Below are positions 50,769-60,839 of a stretch of 64,000 nucleotides of DNA, piece after piece (position 1 is the stretch's first letter; each line of letters starts with the position of its first letter). This stretch comes from Pristiophorus japonicus (taxonomy: Eukaryota): contig NC_091999.1 of the NCBI RefSeq assembly GCF_044704955.1, forward strand, positions 11,160,001-11,224,000, in the 5' to 3' direction. The notes under the pieces are model-generated. The model ran no database searches. It worked only from the letters and a program-made list of their open reading frames with translations, and had not been told where the DNA came from. A program made the position numbers and the translations under genes.

Positions 50769-51075
50769 GGTCTCAGTGCGCAGTAATACACCGCGGAGTC
50801 TGTCAGTTGTGTCTCAGACACAATCAGCGGGACGGTTCGACTCAAATCATTGAGCTTCGCTGAAAAACGGTCCCCTGGAAATCTCTCCCTTTGCTCGCTG
50901 TATTTGCTTCTCTGCAGCAGATATTCTATGGATCCGCTGGGATACTGACGATACCAGAATAGATCAAATGTGCTCGTGCTTGTAACTGTGTAATTACAAT
51001 GCAACTGGACATCGTCTCCTTCATTTACTATGGTTTCAGCCGGTGTCTGTGAAATGGAGTCTCCCCGACAATATC
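50769..51075 (-). CDS. TCR alpha/delta V exon, open frame; leader not resolved
   Basis: ag|..YCRGDSISQTPAETIVNEGDDVQLHCNYTVTSTSTFDLFWYRQYPSG...TQLTDSAVYYCALRP. RSS CACAGAG-23-ACAAAAACT at 50730-50768. Confidence 0.88.
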
Positions 51076-51734
51076 CTGCAAGAGGCCAGAGTTATATTAA
51101 ATTAATCAATATCACTTCACTGTGACTATCCCCCAGAATCGACCCGTCACCCCCCACACATAACTGAGAAGTAACATCTGGCAGTAAAACAGAAATACAT
51201 TTCCCCACAGCTGCAACGCGTAGGTGCTTGGAACGACTGAATAAAACTTCGTTCATTGAAGCTTCAGCGGGATCAATTTCTCACCTTCACCTCTTGTGAT
51301 ATGAAGGGAAAACACCTAACGGTCTATGGCTTTAAGACCTGTATCTGTCAAGGTCCGTCATTAGTACCGGCGGGTCTGGCGAGTCTGTCTGTCATTTATC
51401 TGAACTCAACCGCTTTCATTCCCGGGGGATTTTGGCGAGTTTCCCCAAGCAGTGTTCAGTGTGAGTCAAGTTGCATGCTGATGGTCTTCACTTCCGATCA
51501 ATCTGTTGATATTCTTATGTTCAGGGGAGTGATCTATTACTTATAATGTATGATGCATATGTGCAACACAGTGTTGTGCAACTTGTGAACTTACCAGTTA
51601 AAAGAACTGCAGCCATGATGAACAAATAAAAAGTAACATCCAACATGTTTGATGGCAGATTTCAACAGAACGGGTTGAACCTGAAAATGATTCTCTTCAA
51701 AATTGGGGAGATGTTGATTAATATCCGGCCTCTC

Positions 51735-51990
51735 TGCTGATTGGCTCGTTCTTGACAGAGACAGCGATGATTTCCAATCAACTCACGTGTCCTGTGTTCT
51801 CCAATTCATCCAATCAGTTGACAGTTCTATTGTTCGCCATTTCAGCCAATCAGTTCCTTTTTTCTCCACTTCGTCCAATCACCTTACATCCCTTTGTTCT
51901 CCAAGTCAAACAATCTTCTCACTGCGCTTTGTCCTCCAATTCATCCAATTAGCTCACAGCTCGTTTGTTCTGCAATTCACGACGTCAGAG
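51735..51990. promoter_or_regulatory. Cluster of CCAAT boxes plus CRE-like GACGTCA
   Basis: About 8 CCAAT/ATTGG motifs in 250 bp, in degenerate tandem units. A 3x ~31-bp repeat follows at 52040-52132. Confidence 0.45.
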
Positions 51991-52397
51991 CGGGCAGCAA
52001 GAAAAGGATTGAAACGATTTTCGCAACAGAGAACAACCTGGGGATTAAACACAATGTTGGACATTTAACAGGGATTAAACACAATGCTGGCCCTTTAACA
52101 GGGGATTAAACCCAATATTAATACTTTAACAGGGTCAGTACATGCGGTGGAGGCAGTAAAGGGCTACAGTTAACGTTGTTCTGTTATCAGTGCCAGCGAC
52201 TCCCTTTAAAAGAGCTGCTCTCTAACTATTAGAAGCAGCTGATACAAACGTGATATTGCATAGAATTCGAGAGAGTCTACTGCTGAGAAATTGGTAATGA
52301 GGCCAAATCAGTCTTTTACTTTGGTTGATGTTCCATTATCAATTCCGAATCCAGGTCACTGATCTGATTCAGTGATAGGAGATGAGAGTCTTTTGCT

Positions 52398-52436
52398 GGT
52401 TTTTGTACGGGCTGACTCCGCCCCTGTAACAGTGTG
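52398..52436 (-). promoter_or_regulatory. 23-RSS (CACACTG-23-ACAAAAACC)
   Basis: Counted 23-bp spacer and a perfect nonamer. Confidence 0.95.
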
Positions 52437-52874
52437 GGGCACAGCGCACAGTAATAGATGGCAGAGTCAGAGACAAGAGCCCCGGAGACATTTAAAGGAA
52501 CCGATTTCTTGTCTTGGTCCAAATCAGCAGAGATCCGGTCTGGGAGGTCTGGAGCCTGATCGCCTTTCCTCTTGCCGTATCTCTTCAGTAAATATCTCGG
52601 AGCGGCTCCGGGATACTGGATATACCAGAAGAGGTAGGGAAAGTTATCAGAGGTGGAGTAACTGCAGTTCAGTATTTTGGTCTGTCCCTCCTGAACTGTT
52701 AATTCTGACGGATCCTGGGACACTGAATCTTTGCCACTCGTTCCTGTTACAAAATACAGAATGCGTCAAAAGTCTGGGAGTGAATTTAAAGCATGAAACA
52801 CACACTGACCATTTAAACATAGACTCACCGGGCAGCCCGACGATTATTATCAATAAGGAGTATAGGGAATACAT
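52437..52874 (-). CDS. TCR alpha/delta V gene segment, intact; leader 52829-52874, V exon 52437-52743
   Basis: MYSLYSLLIIIVGLP-G|gtgagt, then TSGKDSVSQDPSELTVQEGQTKILNCSYSTSDNFPYLFWYIQYPG...ALVSDSAIYYCALCP. Confidence 0.93.
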
Positions 52875-53494
52875 AGTGTGTGGATTAGAGTCTGACAGAA
52901 AAAAACAGAATGTTCTCAATATGTGCGATATTAAATGTTAAACCCAAATCAGTGGCAGGCTTCACTTATTGAGAAATTTAGGGGCGTTTCCCAGGGACAG
53001 GATTGGCTGGTCTCTCAGAACTTTCTTTAGCTTTGCACCAATGTGTGTTAGTTATGCCCAATTGCTGCGGCATCTCTCCAAACTCTATCCTTGACTGATT
53101 GTGTGTGTCTTTGTCTCTCTTTATATATGTCTATTTAACTCGGTACCTTTACCCGTGTCATGAGATCTCTCTCTCTCCCTCTCTTTTGCAATCTCTCAGT
53201 CTACTTCTCTCTGTCTATTCCTCTCATTCTTTCTCTACCTCTCTTCATTAAGGTGAAATAAGGTGTAGAAATTCCTGCAGTCAATGCATCCCATTAATAG
53301 TTGCAGTCTTAAGAAGATAGGTTACACACAAACCAAGTTTAACAAAAATACATACAATGTTTGGTATCTTTGGAGGTTATTGACGTATATTTATTTGTAC
53401 TTTGCTTGAGATGCAAAGCACTTTAATAAGTGCAGAGAGCGCACCCTTGTGTCGAAAGCAAGCCTCAAACAGTGCATAAGAAACAAGCACATGA

Positions 53495-53875
53495 CCACAG
53501 ACACAGACACCACAGACTGACACATCTACTCAAAAACACAAACTCAAACACACACACACAGACAGACTCACACACACACATACACCGACTCACACACACA
53601 CATTTAGACTCACACACACGCATACACTGACACACACAGACATACACACATTCTCAAATACACACAGGAACACATAAACACACATTCACACACTCAGAAA
53701 CACTCAAACACAAACGCACACTCTCTCTCGCTCATATTCAAGCATATGCTCCAACACTCATACACAGACTGACACACACACACACACACAGCCACACTCG
53801 TACATACACACACACTCAGACACATGCACACAAACACACAAACAGAGAGAGACACACACTCAAACAAAGACAGAG
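53495..53875. repeat. Degenerate (CA)n microsatellite
   Basis: Visible CA-rich tract. Confidence 0.9.
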
Positions 53876-54662
53876 ACGCATGTCAGAATAAACATAGACC
53901 GGCACACAATGATTGATATCTTGAAGAGGATATTGACATGTTCATCTGTCAATATTTTGAAATGAATGAGGAACAGACTCGATGCAAACTTGATCCAGAA
54001 TTGGATTCGTTAGTTCTCAGCAATGTCCGAAAACTTTTAACAAACAGTCAGACAATTCCTGAGGATTATCTGGCAAGCTGCACCCTCTCATCCCTTAGTC
54101 ACAGGTTGCATAATTGTCATATCTTGCTTCTCTTTCTGGACACAATCAGACCAGCAGCGTACCTTCGGTGTGATCTACTTGCTGCATTCTTTTACTGATG
54201 AGTATTGGTCCATGATCATAAAAACATAAATTTCACATTGATTGGGGCAGAAAATCGTCCAATTTTTTCAGATACAACTGGGTCTCAATTCTCTCAACAG
54301 GTGCAGTCTATAATGTAGGGGAAGTAAAGGGAAACAGTTAATGTTGTCGAGGTATCAGTAGAGGCTCCCAGTACAGGAGCTGCTCACTGACCATTAGAAC
54401 TACCCACTGCTGATCGAAAGGTTATTACAGCCAACCAGCGGATCCTGGAGCATTTGAACACAAAGACACGGTAAATTATACAAATGCCACCTGTTATATG
54501 AATGAAATTGGGAATGACTGACAAGTTTCAGAAGAATGGGAGGATGCAAGCAGAGGATCAGATGCTACCATAAAAATATTTACAGCGTGTCATTAATAAT
54601 AAAGTAACTGAACGATGTTGTCCATCTGCAACTCGACCTCATTCTGATCTGGCATCTGCCCA

Positions 54663-54676
54663 CTGCCCTCTGGTGG
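54663..54676 (-). promoter_or_regulatory. Intergenic CTCF motif
   Basis: CCACCAGAGGGCAG on the minus strand, close to consensus. Confidence 0.65.
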
Positions 54677-55174
54677 TGACTACTTGTAACTACAAGTTCC
54701 AAATTCCGCCGAATTGCAGTTCATGAGGTCTGAGAACGATGGAGGCCATTCGGGTGGTCTTGTCTGATCTATCCAGAGAGATCCTAACTCCCACGCGTCA
54801 TTGCAGCCTCAAGCTTTTCCTTTAACTATGCTAGTGTATTTCCGTCCACCACTCTATATTGCACACATTAATCACTCTGTGTGTGCGTGAAAAACTTCAT
54901 GATACCAGTCCTAAAATGAATTTTTATACATTGAATCCGTGCCCCCAGGTTCAACATCCACAGTTCAATTTAGGTTTCAATGCGGATACTCCTCTTGGGG
55001 TCATTGCAGTCAGGCACTGGGATACAGTGCTATTTAAATCCTCTGCGCAACTCCTTCGTCATTTAGCTGCAGAGGAAGGGGTCATTGCGAGAGAAAGTGA
55101 GCAGCAAATGACTATTTAATTCTTCTCCCTTCGACTTTATCGTCACCGCCCACAGCTTCCATTTGCTTCTCTCA

Positions 55175-55710
55175 CTCTGGTCCGCCATGCCTGCCCCCCG
55201 CATCGAAGCAGTGACCACACTTGATCAGCTCCATTGGGCAAGCCACATCGTCTGCATGCCTGACACGAGGCTCCAAAACAAGCGGTCTACCCAGAGCTCC
55301 GACACGGCAAGTGAGCCCCAGGTGGGCAGAGGAAATGATTCAAGGGAACCCTCAAAGCCGCCATTAAATTTGCAACACCCTCATCGACACCTGTCCCAAC
55401 ATCGCCCAATGTGGTGGAACGCATCCGGGAAGGCGCTGAACTTTAATACTAAAGCAAAATACGACGGATGCTGGAATCTGAACAACTCCAGTTTCTTCGC
55501 CAAAGGCAAGCTGAAGCCAAGCGTCGACATTGGAAGGAGCACGTGGCAACCCGAGCACCACGATCTCCTGGTCCTCCAACTACAGTCTGCCACAACTGTG
55601 ACAGAGACTGTAGGTCCTGCATTGGTTTCTTCAGTCACCTGAGAATTCATTTTGAGCGCTGAAGCATTTGTTCGTTGACTCCGAGGGATTGCCAATGAGA
55701 CAAAGAAGAT
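55175..55710 (+). mobile_element. RTE-type LINE 3' fragment inserted in a V promoter
   Basis: IEAVTTLDQLHWASHIVCMPDTRL.. and the C-terminal zinc finger CHNCDRDCRSCIGFFSHLRIH. It splits the promoter module (55140-55175 / 55710-55823). Confidence 0.8.
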
Positions 55711-55823
55711 TGGAGCGATTTCAGCCGCTATTCCTCGTTTGACAGTGCAGCCGGGTGGACATCTGTATTTCTGCTCAGAGAGCGGTGTTCCCGCACTGCA
55801 AAGTTAAAGACTGAGTGAGAGTC

Positions 55824-56126
55824 ATGTGGAATCGTCTCGAACCGCTCCTCATCATTATATAAATATTACCTTCCCACCAAAAATCCATTCTCCCCCTCAC
55901 TGCTGTAACACAGGCGTTATTATTGTTCAATTGATGGTGGTAATGATTGTGGATCAAATACATTTTCTCTTTTCTCTAATTTGCAATATGCTTATGATCT
56001 GAATTGCAAACACTCGACACTCTGTCCTTTCCTTGTTTGAACATCTTTTTTCAGAACAGAATCACGGAGATTCGGTCACCCAGACGCTGTCTTGAAGAGT
56101 GGTGACAGAAGCAGAAGGGGAGACTT
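55824..56126 (+). pseudogene. Truncated TCR V relic (leader relic + FR1 only)
   Basis: MWNRLEPLLIII* leader relic. ag|..QNHGDSVTQTLS*RVVTEAEGET at 56055-56126. Confidence 0.75.
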
Positions 56127-56291
56127 GTTGTTGGTTTTGTTTTCGCTTCCTTTTAAGAATCTCCCTGTGACACTGAGTGTGGAGAATAATTGTCTCTGAT
56201 TATCGGTGTGAGAGCGCCTTCTGGTGCGCAGCATCTGGAACTCTCAGTTTGGGTTTTTGTATGGGATCCACTCTCATTCTGCAGCAGTATG

Positions 56292-56794
56292 GGGCTCATG
56301 GCACAGAAATACACGGCAGTGTCAGAGGTCAGGACTTTGCCAATCATTAGCTCGGTAATCTTGGCAATTTTATTAAATGTAGAATAGAATTGATTAATGA
56401 AGGAGAGGTTCAGGTCTGCATTCTCTCCAATAAAACGGAGCACATACTGTGGAGGCTTCCCGGGGTGCTGAATGTAACAGAACACAAAAGGTGCAGTATC
56501 GCTGGTTTTCAAGGTGCAGGTTAGTGTGACATTACTTTCCTCCTCAACCATCATTTTAGGGACCGGCTATTCCACTTTGTCTTGTTGGCTCCATTCTAAC
56601 AGAAAATAATAGAATGAATCATCATGATCATCATCAACTTCAACTTAATCAACATAATCATAATCATCTGTATCATTTTACCAATAATAACACCTGAGTT
56701 ACAGTAGTCAAAGGGAGAAATTATTTTTAATAGGTAAGAAATACTTACTTAGAAGTAATATAACAATGAGCAGTTGTGCAAGACGGTTCCGCAT
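56292..56794 (-). pseudogene. TCR V pseudogene ('KITEL' family); leader 56749-56794, V exon 56292-56595
   Basis: MRNRLAQLLIVILLL|gtaagt. In-frame TAG at 56566-56568, Trp41 changed to Cys, and ..KITELMIGKVLTSDTAVYFCAMSP. RSS CATACTG-24-ACAAAAACC at 56252-56291. CTCF-like CACCAGAAGGCGCTC at 56212-56226. Confidence 0.9.
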
Positions 56795-57567
56795 GAATTT
56801 CCCTGAGTGCATAACTCTGCCGTCCATGAAATACTCTGTTAGAGCAGAATTACAGCTCCCCGCGCCACTGCACTGTTGATCCCACCAATGCCAACAGGGA
56901 GCAGCGGCAGCAATCTCTCCATTAATACAGAGCTGGCATGGCGGGTCTGAGTGAGATCGGCAAATGGAAGCTATAGGCAGGGCTGCCATTGTCAGTGTTG
57001 CTGCAAAATTTGCCTCTAGAATTTCCGGTTGATAACGGCGAGAAACATGTAACCACGGCGCCCTCTGACAGTGACTCTGAGGACTTCACACAAGTCAGGA
57101 AAATGGGCAGAGTAAAGTGTGAGTTCATCGAAGGTGCGGTTTCCAGCGGCCTATTGTTTGCAGACATTGTATATTGTTTCAGACAATTTAACTGTCTAAA
57201 TAGACAGAAGGGAAATGTGAGTGAATGTAAAGGAAAGGATATTTTACTTTATTTCTGAACATGTTTATGGCTTTCTCTTACCTATTAGCGCTGTCCTTCT
57301 CTCGTAACTTATCACCTTCCTTCATTTCTCTTTCCCCCTTTTCTCAATTGCTGTCCTCTTCACTCTCATTATTGCAAGGCTTTGTCTCTTTGTCTTTCTC
57401 ATCCTTTCTTTCTTACTTTCACTTTCTTTTCCTCTATCTATCTTTCCAACTCTTTTCATTGCTCACTTTCTTTAAACATTTATCTTCTCTATTTCACGAT
57501 TGTTCTCTGATTCTATCAGCTGTTTCTGTGCTGTACATTCCATGTAATTCTTACATTTTGTCGAAAG

Positions 57568-57842
57568 GTGCACCGAGATTGGCCCAGATTTCTCTACCTG
57601 CCTGAGACTTCGCAGTCGAAGGAAATCCTTTCAGAATCCAGGGCGGGTTCAGCCCGACCGACAACATCTGTTGGTACAGCTGGCTGGTGAGCGCGGCCCC
57701 TAGATACATCCATTGTGGATTCAAGGCAGAATGCCACCGAGTCCGGTTTGAGATCCACACCGACCGGGATCTTAGTCTGAGCACTTTCGGCTTCGGCCAG
57801 GCAGAGTTTGTGGATACCGGAACCTATTGCTTTGCTGCTGGC
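57568..57842 (+). pseudogene. Divergent TCR-like V pseudogene (distinct family)
   Basis: ag|GAPRLAQISLPA*DFAVEGNPFRIQGGFSPTDNICWYSWLVSAAPRYIHCGFKAECHRVRFEIHTDRDLSLSTFGFGQAEFVDTGTYCFAAG. RSS CACAGTG-22-ACAATTTCC at 57843-57880. Confidence 0.75.
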
Positions 57843-58493
57843 CACAGTGCAGTGAAAATCCCCGCTTTCGTACAATTTCTCCTCTCTGAGCAAAGCCTGG
57901 TTAGATTGGGTCACAGTCAATTCGGTTCCCAAAACGGCCTGTTCAGTCAAAGGGCGGTGGTCAATCCGCAATTTGATTATTCAATATAAATTAAGATGAA
58001 ATTCCTTATGATTTCGCATTTCAGCTGATTAATGTTATATATTTCCGAACAGTTTTGTTCTCTTTCCCATCGGTTATTGCAGCACCTGGTTTTATCCCAC
58101 TTAACTTTTGAAGATTTCGCTAACTGTGAATAATGTGTAATTTTGCAATTGCTGTCGCCAATCTGCTTGACCCGAATTTGTAATAAATGTGAAATTAACA
58201 CAGGTCTTATCCAGAGGAAGTGTTGTATAATTTGCGAAGGAGACATTATTCTTAATTCTGTTCTCACAAATGGATCCTACGTATGACAACACTGCCCGTG
58301 ACAGCCTCGCCCACAGCTTCCGTTTTCTGCTGTCGCTCTGCCCCGCCTTGCCTGGCCTGTGTAATTGGAAAGATCGCTGCCGCTGTTCCCTGCTTTACAT
58401 TGGTTAGAGCAGCAGTGCAGTGGAGCAGGGATCTCTATTGCTGCACCGACAGAGGATTTCCCGGACTGCAGAGTTACAGACTCAGGGAGCATC

Positions 58494-58951
58494 ATGTGGA
58501 ACAGTCTCGCACTGCTCCGCATCATTATATTAGTTCTCAGTAAGTATTTCCTTGGCAAAAATAATAATTCTACCCCTGATGTTATTTTTTGTAAAATGAT
58601 AATGAACATGATAATGCAATGATGACAATCACTATTATTTTATTTTAGAATGGAGCCAACAAGACAAAGTGCAACACTCGGTTCTCGGAATGATGGTTGA
58701 AGAGGAAAGTAATGTCACACTAAACTGCACCTTGAAAACCAGCAATCTTCGCCCTTCTGTGTTCCGGTACAGTCAGCATCCCGCGCATCCATCACAGTAT
58801 GTGTTTTACCTTATTAGAGCGACAGTAAATCGAAACCCGACTTCAGTGACCGATTCTCTTCTGCGTTTCATAACATGAGTAAGATTACCGAGCTAACGAT
58901 CAGCAAGGCCTTGATCTCAGACATCGCCATTTATTTCTGTGCCATTAGCCA
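58494..58951 (+). pseudogene. TCR V pseudogene ('KITEL' family), inverted copy of the 56-kb gene; leader 58494-58539, V exon 58649-58951
   Basis: MWNSLALLRIIILVL|gtaagt, then WSQQDKVQHSVLGMMVEEESNVTLNCTLKTS... Trp41 is changed to Arg and FR3 has a frameshift. RSS CATACTT-24-ATAAAAACC at 58952-58991. CTCF GACCAGAGGGCGCTC at 59017-59031. Confidence 0.9.
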
Positions 58952-60264
58952 CATACTTGTGCAGAGATATGACGGATCCCATATAAAAACCCACACTGGA
59001 AGTTCCAGTCAGTGCTGACCAGAGGGCGCTCTCACGCTGATAAACAGAAGCGACAATTCAGCCTCCACAGTGAGATTCAGAGGGACATTCTTAAAAGTCA
59101 AATAAAACCCAATTCTTAACAAGAACCGGTAATGTTCACCGGTGGAATTACAATAGCTGATGATTTTAAAGCACATTTAAAATAGAAATGCACTGCGCAA
59201 ATGCATATGTGGCACATTTTCTTTCAATGCCCTTTCCGTGCATGCCTGTCCCATCTCATCACTTTTCTCCAGTCTTTATCCACAATTATTTAATATCTGT
59301 TCTTCCTTTTTTAGTTTAACGATGTAAAACCTTTGCTTCAGCTCATCTCTCTGTTTCTCTTGCTGCGGTTATTTCTCTGTCAACTCGATTTCACTGTAGA
59401 ACTTTTTAACGGTTTCTGTGTCTCTCCACTCCATCTGATTCTCACTGTATGCATCTCATTGGCTCCGTGTCTGTGTCTGCCTACCTCCCTCTCTGTCTGT
59501 CTCTGTGTCTCTCATCATGTCCCTTTTTCTGTATCTCTCTCGCTCCCTCTCACCGTTCTTCGCTCTGTCTCTCTCTCTGTCTCAATCTCGCATTTTTTTC
59601 ACTCTCTGATTATATCCCTCTCTTCCCCTCTGTTTATTTCAATTAGTTTCTCTATCTATTTCTCTCCATCTGTCTCTCCCTAAATATCTCGTTTACATTA
59701 CATTAGTACCTGTCTGAGTTATGACTGCACTAAACCAACTCTCTGGTTATATTACTCCTGACACTGTCATATCGATTGGTTGAGGCAGATAAAATGACTT
59801 TTTAAGGTGTGTCGTAGTGTGCTGGTTCTGCAACTCAACAAATAATCCCGAGGTGTGAGTTAATAATCTAGAGTTCACTAGTTCAACCTCTACTATGGTA
59901 GTTTAGAAATTTGAATTCAGGTGTTTTATAAATAAACAAGAAGCAGTTATCAGTAAAAGTGACCGTGAAACTCGTATTGTGGTTAAACCCCAACTACATT
60001 ACTAACTTCCTTAATTTTCAAGGAAAATGGCTGTCTTTTCTGGCTCTGTCCCTTATGGGCCTCCGGTGCCATAGACAACGTGGTTGTCTTCTGAATGTTC
60101 GATGAAATGGCCCAGTAAGGCGCTCAATTGTATCAAACGGGTGCAAAGAGCAGAAATGCAGTCGTCCAAGCAATAGAACCACGATCAACTTAACAAGGGG
60201 AATCTGGGGAATGGGCAATAAATACTGCACTCCTCAGCGGCCTCACGAGAATTAATAAGAAAGG

Positions 60265-60835
60265 GAAACATAAGAGCATAAGAAAATAAAAAATAGGAAC
60301 AGGAGTAAGCCATTTGGCTTCTTGAGCCTACTCCATTCAAAAAGATCGTGGCTGATCTGATCCTGGTCTCAACCCCACTTCCGCGCAAATTTTTCTAACC
60401 ATTGACTCCAATATCATTCAAAAATCTGAACATCTCGACCTTAAATAAATCCAATGAACCGTACTTCACAGCTATCTGAGGTAGAGAATCCCAAAGATTC
60501 ACGAATCCCTGAGAAAATAAATTCCTCCTCATTTTCGATTTAACTAGTAGAGTGGACAAGGGAGAACCATTGGATGTGGTGTATTTGGACTTTCAAAAGG
60601 CTTTTGACAAGGTCCGACACAAGAGCTAAGTTTGCAAAATTAAAGCACATGATATTGGGGGTAATGTACTGATGTTGATAGAGAACTGGTTGGCAGGCAG
60701 GAAGCAAAGAGTAGGAATAAACGAGTCCTTTTCAGAATTGCAGGCAGAGACTAGTTGGGCACTGCATGGTTCAGCGCTGTGACCCCAGCTATTCACAACA
60801 AATATTAATGCTTTAGAGGAAGGGATTGAACAGTT
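60265..60835. mobile_element. Two abutting CR1 fragments (minus-strand 3' end 60265-60542; plus-strand RT piece 60543-60835)
   Basis: CATAAGA-type tail with CR1 3' UTR, and VDKGEPLDVVYLDFQKAFDKV.. Confidence 0.85.
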
Positions 60836-60839
60836 TTAA

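Noticed and set aside
59066-59110. Second perfect heptamer CACAGTG downstream of the 58.9-kb V
   Set aside because: The nearest nonamer-like word gives a 28-bp spacer, and the heptamer is not conserved intact in paralogs.
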